Shown here piece by piece: positions 33,976 through 43,877 of a DNA stretch of 57,267 nucleotides. The position numbers and the translations under genes were made by a program. Numbering within the stretch: the first letter of the stretch is position 1; every line of letters starts with the position of its first letter. The DNA lies in the NCBI GenBank assembly GCA_964562705.1, contig CAZLUI010000001.1:28543-85809 (forward strand). Reading direction: 5' to 3'. Under the pieces are notes generated by a model. The model saw nothing but the letters and a program-made list of their open reading frames with translations, had not been told where the DNA came from and searched no databases. The DNA comes from an uncultured Staphylococcaceae bacterium. Lineage in GTDB: Bacteria; Bacillota_I; Bacilli_A; RFN20; CAG-826.

Positions 33976-34123
33976 CATGAGAAAAAAAGTTATTTTAATC
34001 TGCCCTGATTGCTTGTCAAGAAATTACACGACAACCAAAAAAGAAGGGGATACCACACGTCTTGAAATAAAGAAGTATTGTCCTCACTGTAATAAGATGA
34101 CTTTACACAAAGAGAGCAAATAG
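33976..34123 (+). pseudogene. rpmG: Ribosomal protein L33 gene interrupted by a 1-nt frameshift (or an assembly indel)
   Basis: ATG 33976 encodes [35 protein letters not shown], then reads SSL-stop (TAA 34090-34092). The canonical end [13 protein letters not shown]-stop (TAG 34121-34123) is in the +1 frame. The span is 148 nt, which is not a multiple of 3. It is below the ORF-track size cut-off. Confidence 0.8.
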
Positions 34124-34133
34124 GAGGTTACTT

Positions 34134-34397
34134 ATGGGCGTCAAAAAATACACTAAAGAAGTAATCAAAGAAGGCAAGCGCGTTCGTTGGCCAAAGAAAG
34201 AGCATTTTTTCCCAGTTTTAATCGCGGTTGTCATCATATGCGCATTTACGGCATTGATACTATCAGTTGAAGACTGGGCTGCCGGAACTTTAATTGGACA
34301 ATTGAAGCAATGGTTTGCAAGTTTTAATAAAAACGGATCAAGTAGTAGCGAGGTTGTTAGTTCAGCTTTGGCTATGTTAATTCGTTCATTGCACTAG
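34134..34397 (+). CDS. secE: Preprotein translocase subunit SecE
   Basis: KRVRWPKKE motif followed by a single TM segment (VLIAVVIICAFTALIL). Sits between rpmG and nusG. Confidence 0.85.
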   Translation: MGVKKYTKEVIKEGKRVRWPKKEHFFPVLIAVVIICAFTALILSVEDWAAGTLIGQLKQWFASFNKNGSSSSEVVSSALAMLIRSLH

Positions 34398-34409
34398 GAG
34401 GAAATTAAA

Positions 34410-34970
34410 ATGGCAGAATTAGGCGAAAAGCATTGGTATATTGTCAACACTTATTCCCAACACGAAAGGAAAGTTGTTGATAATCTGCATAAAAGAATCG
34501 TTACATATTCTCTACAAGACTACATTTTTAATGTTTTAGTAGCAGAACAAGAAGTTCCGGTGATGGACAAAGAAACAAATTTACCAAAGCCAGGTAAAAC
34601 AAAAATGAAAAACCTTTTCCCTGGTCATATCTTTGTTGAAATGATTATGACCGATAAGGTTTGGTATTATGTTCGTAACACACCAGGCGTTACTGGTATT
34701 GCCGGATCAGCTGGTGGTGGGCAAAAACCTACTCCAGTTTCTCGAGAAGAAATGGAGCCAGTTTTAAAACGCATGAACCTTATTGATTCATCAATGTATG
34801 AGAACTACTCAGTTGGTGATTTAGTGAAGATTATTCGTGGCACCCTCGAAGGCACAGAAGGCACAATCCTTTCGATTGATAAGGAAACTGGCGCTTGCCG
34901 TGTTGAAGCTGTCTTCTTTGGCAGAAAAACACCTGTCGATGTTGATTTCTCTGAAATTGAAAAAATCTAA
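34410..34970 (+). CDS. nusG: Transcription termination/antitermination factor NusG
   Basis: KHWYIVNTYSQHE, FPGHIFVEM, VRNTPGVTG and a C-terminal KOW (GDLVKIIRGTLEGTEGTI). Confidence 0.93.
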   Translation: MAELGEKHWYIVNTYSQHERKVVDNLHKRIVTYSLQDYIFNVLVAEQEVPVMDKETNLPKPGKTKMKNLFPGHIFVEMIMTDKVWYYVRNTPGVTGIAGSAGGGQKPTPVSREEMEPVLKRMNLIDSSMYENYSVGDLVKIIRGTLEGTEGTILSIDKETGACRVEAVFFGRKTPVDVDFSEIEKI

Positions 34971-34990
34971 CATCTATATAGTCTTGAATA

Positions 34991-35014
34991 AATGTCACTT
35001 CAGTGGCATTTTTT
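34991..35014 (+). terminator. Rho-independent terminator after nusG
   Basis: 8-bp stem AATGTCAC / GTGGCATT (one G-U), TTCA loop, T-run. Confidence 0.7.
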
Positions 35015-35079
35015 CATTTTTTGCTTGCATATGTGCATACACAATAATAATATAGAGAAGTTAAGCGAGGTTAACATTT

Positions 35080-37248
35080 ATGAAAAAAGCCATATATCAT
35101 ATCTCAGGATTCGATTGCCCTAACTGTGCCGCTAAAGTAGAACGCCATCTCAATAAAGACGAGAATATTAGTGAAGCTACTCTAGATTTCGCTAATGATA
35201 GGCTTTATGTTAACTACCGCGAAGAGCCTTACTCACTCGAACAACTTAAAGCAAAAATTAAGGAAGTGGAAAGCGATCCTTTACGTGTCGAACAATTAAA
35301 TAAAGGCACAAAAGAAAAGCAAACTATTTTCACCAAAAAGTTCATTTTTAATCTTTCTCGCATTATTGTGGCGGGACTAATATTATTAATCGCTTTTTTG
35401 CTTGGCCAAAGTTTTGCTTTCAACAACGATTTTAATCCTGCTTCAATTACTTTGTTGATTCTAGCGGCAGTAATTCTTCTTTACGATATTGTTTGGAAAG
35501 TCATTCAAAACATCATTCACTTACGAAATCCGGTAGATATGAACTTATTGTTAACAATATCTTGTGTTGGCGTATTTGCTCTCTCTTTTTTGATTCATTT
35601 CGAAGTTCTAACAGCCTCCTTTGAGATTGATATGTTCGATGGAGCCTTAGTAGTGCTTTTATATCAAGTTGGTGAATTAATTGAAGCGGTGGCCACAGGA
35701 AAATCGAAAGCTGCTATATCAAAAGCGATTGATCTTCGGGCCGATACCGCCAACTTGGTTTGCAATGATAAAATCATTCAAGTCAAACCAGAAACCTTAA
35801 AAGTAAATGATGTTATCATTGTTCGCATTGGTGAAATCATCCCGGCTGATGGTGATGTTATTGATGGCCAAGGAACTCTTGATATGTCTTCTCTAACGGG
35901 TGAACCAATGCCAGTTGATGCATTAATTGGTAGCAACGCTTTAAGTGGCTCAATCTTAAGGAGTGGTTCTATTACCATCCGTGTCAATAAAGTTTTTGCA
36001 GATTCTACAATCTCAAAGATTCTTGAACTCGTTCAATCCAGTGGCGAACGCAAAGCCAAAGCTGAGAAGTTCATCGATAAATTTGCCAAGATTTACACTC
36101 CTACCGTTTTTGTTATTGGTATCTTATACGCCCTTATTAGTGGCTTGATTAGCAAAGATTGGACCTCTTCTTTATTCTTTGGTTTAGCTATCCTTGTTGT
36201 CTCCTGCCCATGTGCGATTGTCATATCAGTGCCATTAGCCTATTTTGCTGGTATTGGTTTAGCGAGCAAACGCGGCGTAGTCATTAAAGGTACTAACTAT
36301 CTTGATTCATTATGCAATATTGGTGTCTTATTTTTAGATAAAACCGGCACTTTAACATATGGTAATTTTGAAGTTAAATCTATCGTTCCATTAGGTGTTA
36401 GTCAAGAAGAATTAATGGAGTGTTTATTAGCTGCTGAATCTCGTTCTAACCATCCTATTGCAAAGGCAATTACTTTGCACCAAAACGTTTCTGAACTAGC
36501 TTTAAAACAAGAGAATTATGAGGAAATTGCAGGGTTAGGCACAAAAACGCAATACAATGGTCACACCATTTTAGCGGGCAACTTAGAATTGCTTTTAAAA
36601 TATGATGTTAAAGCAAAAGAAGTTGAAGCACCAGGCACCGCCATCATGGTGGCAAAAGATAGCAAATGGATTGGCTATGTTGTGCTACAAGACGCAATTC
36701 GCGATCGAGCCAAACAGTTGATTGTTAAATTGGATGCTTTGAACATCAAAACAGTCCTTCTTTCAGGCGATAAACTTACTACTGTTAAATATGTCGCTGA
36801 TGAAGTAGGCATTAAGTATTATCATGCAAAACTTTTGCCTCAAGATAAAACTAAATTTGTGGAAGTAGAAATCCAAAAAAATAAGACCAAAAAGTTGATT
36901 GCCTTTGCTGGTGATGGCATCAATGATACGCCTTCAATTATACGTGCTGATGTTGGTTTTGCTATGGGTGGAATTGGTAGCGATGTGGCAGTAGAAAACG
37001 CTGATGTTGTCATCATGCAAGATCATCCTTTAAAGATTTATGATGCGATTGTTATTGCTAAGAAAACTAGACTTGTTGCGTTGTTTAATATCATCTTTTC
37101 TTTGCTTGTAAAAGTGATAGTTCTCATTCTTCTTATTACTAAATTTTTACAATCATACGCCATGCTTGTTGCCATGCTTGCCGATACCGGTTTGACTGTG
37201 CTTATGACCTTAAATTCACTTTTGCTCATCTATCGAAAAGTAAAATAA
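35080..37248 (+). CDS. cadA: Heavy-metal (Cd/Zn/Co-type) P1B-ATPase
   Basis: N-terminal HMA domain (GFDCPNCAAKVERHL), TGEP, CPC transmembrane motif (VSCPCAIVISVP), DKTGTLT, SNHPIAKA (HP motif) and GDGINDTP. Confidence 0.88.
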   Translation: MKKAIYHISGFDCPNCAAKVERHLNKDENISEATLDFANDRLYVNYREEPYSLEQLKAKIKEVESDPLRVEQLNKGTKEKQTIFTKKFIFNLSRIIVAGLILLIAFLLGQSFAFNNDFNPASITLLILAAVILLYDIVWKVIQNIIHLRNPVDMNLLLTISCVGVFALSFLIHFEVLTASFEIDMFDGALVVLLYQVGELIEAVATGKSKAAISKAIDLRADTANLVCNDKIIQVKPETLKVNDVIIVRIGEIIPADGDVIDGQGTLDMSSLTGEPMPVDALIGSNALSGSILRSGSITIRVNKVFADSTISKILELVQSSGERKAKAEKFIDKFAKIYTPTVFVIGILYALISGLISKDWTSSLFFGLAILVVSCPCAIVISVPLAYFAGIGLASKRGVVIKGTNYLDSLCNIGVLFLDKTGTLTYGNFEVKSIVPLGVSQEELMECLLAAESRSNHPIAKAITLHQNVSELALKQENYEEIAGLGTKTQYNGHTILAGNLELLLKYDVKAKEVEAPGTAIMVAKDSKWIGYVVLQDAIRDRAKQLIVKLDALNIKTVLLSGDKLTTVKYVADEVGIKYYHAKLLPQDKTKFVEVEIQKNKTKKLIAFAGDGINDTPSIIRADVGFAMGGIGSDVAVENADVVIMQDHPLKIYDAIVIAKKTRLVALFNIIFSLLVKVIVLILLITKFLQSYAMLVAMLADTGLTVLMTLNSLLLIYRKVK

Positions 37249-37272
37249 TAAAACACTAAGTGTTTTCCTAAG

Positions 37273-37299
37273 GTGTAGAACGGAAGTTCTGCACTTTTT
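37273..37299 (+). terminator. Rho-independent terminator after the ATPase gene
   Basis: 9-bp stem GTGTAGAAC / GTTCTGCAC (one G-U), GGAA loop, TTTTT. Confidence 0.8.
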
Positions 37300-37301
37300 C
37301 C

Positions 37302-37330
37302 TTGCGTATACACGCATGATTTGTTAAAAT
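37302..37330 (+). promoter_or_regulatory. Candidate sigma-A promoter for rplK-rplA, followed by a ~125-nt leader
   Basis: TTGCGT (37302-37307), a 17-nt spacer, then TAAAAT (37325-37330). The leader 37337-37459 contains the palindrome TATACGTATA (37373-37382). Confidence 0.5.
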
Positions 37331-37459
37331 CACATTCGCATATCGTCTTCACGGTGAGAGCGTGCGGATGTATATACGTATAAACGTTTTGTGGAAGAGC
37401 ATCGATTAGCTCGAAAACCACAGCACGGACAAATTTCAAAAAGAAGGAGGAAATGTCAC

Positions 37460-37870
37460 GTGAGTAAAAGAATCGTCAAAGTTGTGAAGATGGAACTCCC
37501 TGGAGGCGAAGCCAAACCAGGACCAAAACTCGCTTCAGCCGGTGTTATCATGCCTAAGTTCTGTACAGATTTCAATGCCAGAACAGCTGATCGTCGTGGT
37601 GAGATCGTTCCAGTAATTATCACAGCTTATGAAGACAAGTCCCATGACTTTGTAATCAAGACTTCTCCAGTTGCAGGTTTAATCCTAAAAGCTGCTGGTG
37701 TTAAGAAAGGCAGCGCTAACCCAAAAGTTATCGTTGGCCACATCAGTAAAGCTCAACTTAAAGAAATCGCTGAATACAAATTACCAGACTTAAATTGTGA
37801 TGATGTTGAAGCAGCAATGAAAGTTGTTGCCGGCAGCGCACACAATATGGGTATCGCGATTGATGAGTAA
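37460..37870 (+). CDS. rplK: 50S ribosomal protein L11
   Basis: The GTG start at 37460 is 6 nt after AAGGAGG and gives VSKRIVKVVKMELPGGEAKPGPKLASAGV.MPKF, a Mollicute-type L11 N-terminus. The track ORF from 37391 is an in-frame extension. Confidence 0.9.
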   Translation: MSKRIVKVVKMELPGGEAKPGPKLASAGVIMPKFCTDFNARTADRRGEIVPVIITAYEDKSHDFVIKTSPVAGLILKAAGVKKGSANPKVIVGHISKAQLKEIAEYKLPDLNCDDVEAAMKVVAGSAHNMGIAIDE

Positions 37871-37872
37871 TT

Positions 37873-38556
37873 ATGAAACTATCTAAAAATTATAAGAAAG
37901 CTTTAGAACTCGTCGATGCTAGCAAGGTTTATTCTCTTGAAGAAGCATGTGAGCTTGTAAAGAAGACATCAACAGTTAAGTTTGATGCCACTGTAGATGT
38001 GTCACTACATATGAATATCGACACAACAAAGGCCGACCAACAAATTAGAGGAACTCTCATTCTTCCACATGGAAATGGTAAGACCAAAAAAATCTGCGCT
38101 ATCACAACTAAGGTTGAGGAAGCAAAAGCAGCCGGAGCGGATTTTGCCGGAGGTAAGGAATTACTAGAAAAAATCCAAAAAGAGAACTGGTTCGATTTCG
38201 ATGTCATCGTCGCCACACCAGAAATGATGGGCGAACTTGGAAAAATGGGCCGTGTCCTTGGACCAAAAGGCTTAATGCCAAACCCAAAGACTGGAACTGT
38301 TTCTCCTGATATTAAGAAAGCAATTTCTGAAATCAAACTAGGCAAAGTTGAATACCGTCTTGATAAAGATGCCAATATGTCTCTCACCATTGGCCGTGTA
38401 AGCTTCTCTGCTAAAGATCTCGTAGAAAACCTAGCCGCCCTAACTTCTACATTAGTAAGAATTAGACCAGCCGCAGTTAAAGGTTCCTACATTAAGACCG
38501 CATCTGTTCACACAACGATGGGTCCAAGCATTCACTTCACTTTTGAAGGAATGTAA
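37873..38556 (+). CDS. rplA: 50S ribosomal protein L1
   Basis: KFDATVDVS..MNID..KADQQIRG...LPHG.GK and VATPEMMG.LGK.GRVLGP.GLMPNPK.GTV. Confidence 0.95.
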   Translation: MKLSKNYKKALELVDASKVYSLEEACELVKKTSTVKFDATVDVSLHMNIDTTKADQQIRGTLILPHGNGKTKKICAITTKVEEAKAAGADFAGGKELLEKIQKENWFDFDVIVATPEMMGELGKMGRVLGPKGLMPNPKTGTVSPDIKKAISEIKLGKVEYRLDKDANMSLTIGRVSFSAKDLVENLAALTSTLVRIRPAAVKGSYIKTASVHTTMGPSIHFTFEGM

Positions 38557-38677
38557 CTCTTAAAAGAGCACAATATACCATAGACAGCAACGGCCAAGGG
38601 GCTTAATCATGTTGCCCAGGTAATTTATTCCCCAGTATATTGAGACTCTCCAAACAATTTACAAAGGAGGTAGAACA
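38557..38677 (+). promoter_or_regulatory. Probable L10 (rplJ) autoregulatory leader
   Basis: A 121-nt untranslated spacer between rplA and rplJ with GC-rich pairing segments (CAACGGCCAAGGGGC ... GTTGCCCAGG). This is the position of the L10 leader in Firmicutes. The structure was not verified against a covariance model. Confidence 0.45.
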
Positions 38678-39166
38678 ATGAATCAGAAAACTCTCGAATC
38701 TAAAAAAGAGATTGTTAGTTCACTCGAAAAGTCATTTAAGGAATGTTCCTCAATGGCTATTGTCGAATATCGTGGTTTAACAGTCGCTGAAATTAGTTCA
38801 CTTCGAAAGTCACTAAAAGCGGTTGACGCCACATTCGGTGTCCACAAGAACACTCTTGTCCAAAAGGCAAGTGATGAACTCGGACATAGCGAACTTGACG
38901 AATACCTCAGCGGTAGTAACGCTTATGTCTTCTCTTCAGATGCCACCGGCATGCCAAAAGTTCTTGCTAAATTTGCTAAGAAAAACGACAAACTCGTTCT
39001 CAAAGCAGGTTTAGTAGAAGGCAAGTTTGTTGATGGCAATGGACTAAAAGAAGTTGCAAAACTACCAAATCGCGAAGGATTAATATCCATGTTCTTATCG
39101 TGCTTGCAAGCACCTATCCGCAGTTTCGCTTGCACAGTCAAAGCCGTCGCGGATAGCAAGAATTAA
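38678..39166 (+). CDS. rplJ: 50S ribosomal protein L10
   Basis: Typical L10 N-terminus (K.EIV..L...F.....AIVEYRGLTVAE...LR..L) and its position before rplL. Confidence 0.93.
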   Translation: MNQKTLESKKEIVSSLEKSFKECSSMAIVEYRGLTVAEISSLRKSLKAVDATFGVHKNTLVQKASDELGHSELDEYLSGSNAYVFSSDATGMPKVLAKFAKKNDKLVLKAGLVEGKFVDGNGLKEVAKLPNREGLISMFLSCLQAPIRSFACTVKAVADSKN

Positions 39167-39189
39167 TGCCTAAATAGGAGGAAATTATT

Positions 39190-39564
39190 ATGGCAAAGTT
39201 AACAAAAGAAGAAATCGTTGCTTCCTTAAAAGAAATGACTGTTCTCGAGATCAATGAACTCGTCAAAGCAGTCGAGGAAGAATTTGGCGTCACAGCCGCC
39301 GCACCAGTTGCAGTCGCTGCCGCTCATGAAGAAGAAGAAGTCAAAGCCGGACCAAGCGAAGTTTCATTAGTCTTGAAATCAGCTGGTGCAGCCAAGATTG
39401 CTGTCATCAAAGCCGTCCAAGCCATCACTGGTTTAGGACTTATGGATGCCAAGAAGCTCGTTGACGGAGCACCATGCAACGTCAAAGAGAAAATTTCACC
39501 AGTCGAAGCTGAAGAACACAAGAAAGCTCTTGTTGCAGCCGGTGCTGAAGTTGAAATTAAATAA
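39190..39564 (+). CDS. rplL: 50S ribosomal protein L7/L12
   Basis: [27 protein letters not shown], an Ala-rich hinge, and a C-terminal [15 protein letters not shown]...EAEE.KK.L..AGAEVE.K. Confidence 0.95.
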   Translation: MAKLTKEEIVASLKEMTVLEINELVKAVEEEFGVTAAAPVAVAAAHEEEEVKAGPSEVSLVLKSAGAAKIAVIKAVQAITGLGLMDAKKLVDGAPCNVKEKISPVEAEEHKKALVAAGAEVEIK

Positions 39565-39589
39565 CTTTATTGACTAATTTGGAAATCCA

Positions 39590-40198
39590 ATGGCAAATTC
39601 TCACTATTTTATAAATGACGATTCTTTAGCTTCTAAGCCAAGAGTTATTAATTATGAAATCGTTGGGACCAAGTTTGCCTTGGATTCCGATCAAGGTGTT
39701 TTTTCAAAGAATGAGTTAGACCGAGGTAGCAAGATTCTTATAGATACTCTACTTCCTCTAGCTCTTCAAGGGAAAATGCTTGATATCGGATGTGGTGTAG
39801 GCCCGATAGGCTTAACTCTCGCCTACTTCAGTCCATCCTTGAACTTAACTTGTTCTGATATCAATACGCGCGCTCTTGCGTTATGTAAGAGCAACGCGTC
39901 CACGCTCGCGTTAAGCCAACGAGTCACCTGCCTTCAAAGTGACATCTACGAAAGTATTGAAGGATTATATGATTCAATTGTGAGCAATCCGCCGATAAGG
40001 GCTGGTAAGAAAATTACCTATGCCATCTACATCGGTGCGAAATCTCATTTAATTGATGGCGGTTCGCTCTATGTCGTTGTGCGTAAGGCACAAGGAGCAC
40101 TATCCGTCAAAGCTTATCTTGAAGAAATATTCGGCAATGTCGAAGTTCTTAAGAAAAGCAAAGGGTATTACGTCTTAAAATCGACAAAAGCGAATTAA
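39590..40198 (+). CDS. Class I SAM-dependent rRNA methyltransferase (YbxB/RsmC-like small-domain MTase)
   Basis: [10 protein letters not shown] (motif I) and SNPPIRAGK (motif IV). Sits at the ybxB position between rplL and rpoB. Confidence 0.8.
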   Translation: MANSHYFINDDSLASKPRVINYEIVGTKFALDSDQGVFSKNELDRGSKILIDTLLPLALQGKMLDIGCGVGPIGLTLAYFSPSLNLTCSDINTRALALCKSNASTLALSQRVTCLQSDIYESIEGLYDSIVSNPPIRAGKKITYAIYIGAKSHLIDGGSLYVVVRKAQGALSVKAYLEEIFGNVEVLKKSKGYYVLKSTKAN

Positions 40199-40215
40199 TG
40201 AAAAGGAGCCATTAC

Positions 40216-43200
40216 ATGAGCAATACTTACAAAAATTATCCATTGTTACCAAATGATAGAATTAACTTCTCTAAAATTTCTGGTAGCTTGGAACTCCCAA
40301 ACCTTGTAGAAATCCAAACTGATTCCTATCATTGGTTCCTCGAGAAAGGTATTGATGAAGTCTTGAAAGAAGTCTTCCCAATTGCCAATTACCAAGAAAA
40401 TGTCTTCGTTGACTATTTATCTTGTGAACTTAAGGATCCAAAGCATGATTTCTTGGAATGCAAGGCCCATGGTTACACATATGAAGCTCAACTATATGCT
40501 AATCTTAGATTAAGAAATACTGAAACCGGCGAAATGAAAGAACACAATGTCTTTATGGGCAATGTGCCATTAATGTCAAATAGTGGAACTTTCGTTGTCA
40601 ATGGTGCAGAACGTGTTATCGTCAGCCAAATCGTTCGTTCACCTGGCGCTTACTTAAGCAAGGATCTCGATAAATCAGGTAAATTCATTTACAATGCTGA
40701 TTTAATACCAACTAGAGGAACTTGGCTAGAATTCGAAACCGATCAAAAAGGAATGATTTTTGTCCGCATCGACCGTCAAAAGAAGATGCCAGCAACAATT
40801 CTTCTCAAAGCTATCGGCTTAGATGATGCGAAAACACTTGAAAAATTGTTTGGTAACAATGAGATGTTGAAAAACACCATTGAAAAAGACAAAGAAACTG
40901 AAAACGCTCTTCAAGCTTTAATTACAATATTCAAAAAATTAAAACCAGGCGAGCCAATCACTAATGAAGGTGTTGCAACCTTCCTTATTCAAAAGTTCTT
41001 TGATCATAGACGCTACGACGTCGGCCCAGCTGGTCGTTTCAAATGCCGTAGCAAATTGGGGATTTATAACCGTTTAGCAGACCATTATCTTGCTGAAAAC
41101 TTAATGGATGCCAATGGTGAAATTCTCTATAAAAAAGGAGATTACATCTCCAAAGATGATATTAAGAAACTTGTCGATGCTGAAGTCTTTGAAAAAGGCG
41201 CTCATCAAAAGAAGATTAAAGCAAACTCTGCTTTAGTCGAAGCAATGATTCGCACCGCTCCAAAAGGCAAACTCGACAAAAAAGCTAAGGATGAAATCGC
41301 TCAAACCTTTGCTGGCGTTGTTAATGAAATCAAAGTTTATGTCGATGATAAACAAGACAAAGTCGAAACCATCATTGGTACAGATTTAAATCTAACCATT
41401 GAATGGATGGCTTTCTCCGATATCATTGCCTTATTCTCGTATTTGATGAACGTTATCGCCGGCTTTGGTGAAGTTGATGATATTGATAACCTTGGCAACC
41501 GTCGTATTCGTTGCGTCGGTGAGCTAGTTCAAACTCAATTCCGTATTGGTCTTTCCAAGATGGTCAAAACTGTCCAACAAAGAATGTCCATTTCCGATTT
41601 GAGCTCTGCTACTGTTCAATCCTTAATTGTCATCAAACCATTAACTAGTTCAATCCGCGAATTCTTCGCAACTAACCAACTATCACAGGTTATGGACCAG
41701 GTTAACCCTTTATCTGAGTTAACTAATAAACGCAGAATTTCTGCACTTGGTCCAGGTGGTATTACACGTGAACGTGCCTCCATGGCTATCCGTGACGTCC
41801 ACCCAACTCACTACGGACGTATTTGTCCTATTGAAACACCTGAAGGTCAAAACATTGGTCTTATTAACAACCTAGCATCTTATGCTAAGATTAATAAATT
41901 TGGATTCATTGAGACTCCATATCGTATTGTTAAAAAAGACGTAAAAGGTAACCGTGTTAGTGACGAGAGTGAATATCTCTCCGCTGATATGGAAAAAGAC
42001 CACTACATTGCAGAAGATAGTCTCCACTTAGACGCTGATGGCTACATCATTGACAAAGAAGTTGTCGCCCGTCATAACGGCGAGAACGTCGTTGTTGAAT
42101 CTGACCTCATCGACTACATGGACGTTTCTCCAAAACAAGTCGTCTCTGTCGCTGCTGCTTGTATTCCATTCTTACAAAACGATGATGCTAAGCGTGCTCT
42201 TATGGGCGCGAACATGCAACGTCAAGCGCTTCCTTTATTAAAACCAGCTGCTCCATTTGTTGGAACTGGTCTTGAATATAAGGTTGCACGTGATAGTGGA
42301 CTTGCAATTGTCTCAGCCGCTGATGGCGTGGTTAAATACGCTGATAGCCAAGTTATTCGTGTTAAAGAAGGCAAAAATATTCGCGAATATAAATTGCAAA
42401 AATTTGAAAGAAGTAACCAAGGAACATGCATTAACCAAACCGCAATTGTTCACACTGGTGATTCAATTAAAAAAGGACAAATCCTTGCCGATGGACCAGC
42501 AATGGTTAACGGCGATCTTGCCCTTGGACAAAATGTTACTGTCGCATTCATGACTTGGGATGGCTACAACTATGAAGATGCTGTCATCATGTCTGAAAGA
42601 TTAGTTAAGGATGATACATATACCTCAATTCATATTGAAGAATATGTCCTTGACTGCCGTGATACCAAGCTTGGACCTGAGGAAATCACTCGTGATATTC
42701 CAAACGTTTCCGAACAATCCAAGGCCTTCCTTGACGAAAATGGTATTGCTATTGTCGGTAGCGAAGTTCATGAAGGTGATATTCTTATTGGAAAAGTTAC
42801 ACCTAAAGGTGTCACTGATCCAACACCAGAAGAAAAACTTCTCATGGCCATCTTTGCTGAAAAGACAAAAGATATGAAGGATTCTTCCTTCAAAGTCCCA
42901 CACGGGGGCGCAGGCACAGTATTAGATGTTAAGGTGTACTCGCGCGAGAATGGTGATGAATTACCATTAGGCGCGAAGAAATCTGTTCACGTTTTTGTCG
43001 CTCAGAAACGTAAAATTTCTGAAGGTGATAAGATGTCAGGCCGTCACGGTAACAAGGGTGTTATTTCCCGCATTCTACCAGTTGAAGATATGCCATTCTT
43101 AGCAGATGGTACTCCAGTTGATATCATGCTTAACCCTCTTGGTGTTCCATCCCGTATGAATATTGGTCAGATTCTTGAAATGCACTTAGGCCTCGCTTGT

Positions 43201-43863
43201 AAAAACTTAGGTCTTAAAGTTGCTACTCCAGTATTTGATGGTATCTCTAACGAAGAGATTTATGATCTCATGGACAAAGCCAAAATTGCTCCAGACGGAA
43301 AGACCGTTCTCTATGATGGACGTACCGGTGACAGATTCGACGAAAGAATCTCTGTCGGTGTCATGTATATGATTAAACTTGTTCACATGGTCGACGATAA
43401 ACTTCACGCTCGTGCAATTGGACCTTACTCTTTAGTAACACAACAACCACTTGGTGGTAAAGCCCAAAACGGTGGTCAAAGATTTGGCGAAATGGAAGTC
43501 TGGGCTCTTGAAGCTTATGGCGCTGCTCATACCCTCCAAGAAATCCTAACTCTCAAATCCGATGATCGAGTTGGCCGTCGTAAGGCCTACGAATCCATTA
43601 TTAAAGGTACCGAAATGCCACAACCTGGTATTCCAGAAGCCTTCAAAGTTCTCATTAAAGAACTCAAAGGATTATGTATGGATGTCAAACTTCTTGATGA
43701 AGAAAACCATATCATCGACACTGATGCCCTTGCTATGGAAGCTCAAAAAGAAGAACGACAAATCAATTCTGCTATTCGTAACCTTACAGGTTCGAGCAAA
43801 CACGAAGAAGAAATCACAATGTCCAACAACGGCGATTATGACGTTGATGAAGACATTAAATAA
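40216..43863 (+). CDS. rpoB: DNA-directed RNA polymerase subunit beta
   Basis: Canonical RpoB motifs throughout ([62 protein letters not shown]). ATG 40216 is 7 nt after GGAG; an alternative ATG at 40198 overlaps the upstream stop. Confidence 0.97.
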   Translation: MSNTYKNYPLLPNDRINFSKISGSLELPNLVEIQTDSYHWFLEKGIDEVLKEVFPIANYQENVFVDYLSCELKDPKHDFLECKAHGYTYEAQLYANLRLRNTETGEMKEHNVFMGNVPLMSNSGTFVVNGAERVIVSQIVRSPGAYLSKDLDKSGKFIYNADLIPTRGTWLEFETDQKGMIFVRIDRQKKMPATILLKAIGLDDAKTLEKLFGNNEMLKNTIEKDKETENALQALITIFKKLKPGEPITNEGVATFLIQKFFDHRRYDVGPAGRFKCRSKLGIYNRLADHYLAENLMDANGEILYKKGDYISKDDIKKLVDAEVFEKGAHQKKIKANSALVEAMIRTAPKGKLDKKAKDEIAQTFAGVVNEIKVYVDDKQDKVETIIGTDLNLTIEWMAFSDIIALFSYLMNVIAGFGEVDDIDNLGNRRIRCVGELVQTQFRIGLSKMVKTVQQRMSISDLSSATVQSLIVIKPLTSSIREFFATNQLSQVMDQVNPLSELTNKRRISALGPGGITRERASMAIRDVHPTHYGRICPIETPEGQNIGLINNLASYAKINKFGFIETPYRIVKKDVKGNRVSDESEYLSADMEKDHYIAEDSLHLDADGYIIDKEVVARHNGENVVVESDLIDYMDVSPKQVVSVAAACIPFLQNDDAKRALMGANMQRQALPLLKPAAPFVGTGLEYKVARDSGLAIVSAADGVVKYADSQVIRVKEGKNIREYKLQKFERSNQGTCINQTAIVHTGDSIKKGQILADGPAMVNGDLALGQNVTVAFMTWDGYNYEDAVIMSERLVKDDTYTSIHIEEYVLDCRDTKLGPEEITRDIPNVSEQSKAFLDENGIAIVGSEVHEGDILIGKVTPKGVTDPTPEEKLLMAIFAEKTKDMKDSSFKVPHGGAGTVLDVKVYSRENGDELPLGAKKSVHVFVAQKRKISEGDKMSGRHGNKGVISRILPVEDMPFLADGTPVDIMLNPLGVPSRMNIGQILEMHLGLACKNLGLKVATPVFDGISNEEIYDLMDKAKIAPDGKTVLYDGRTGDRFDERISVGVMYMIKLVHMVDDKLHARAIGPYSLVTQQPLGGKAQNGGQRFGEMEVWALEAYGAAHTLQEILTLKSDDRVGRRKAYESIIKGTEMPQPGIPEAFKVLIKELKGLCMDVKLLDEENHIIDTDALAMEAQKEERQINSAIRNLTGSSKHEEEITMSNNGDYDVDEDIK

Positions 43864-43877
43864 GGAGGAATGGAAAT

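Noticed and set aside
37250-37266. Small hairpin AAACAC-TAA-GTGTTT right after the ATPase stop as a separate terminator
   Set aside because: It has only 6 mostly A-T base pairs and a 3-nt loop. The much stronger terminator at 37273-37299 explains termination.
37230-37459. 69-aa minus-strand ORF (37230-37439) and the GTG-37391 extension of rplK in the ATPase-rplK spacer
   Set aside because: The region contains a terminator, a promoter-like site and a leader. rplK has an AAGGAGG-spaced GTG at 37460 that gives the canonical L11 N-terminus. The small ORFs have no RBS.
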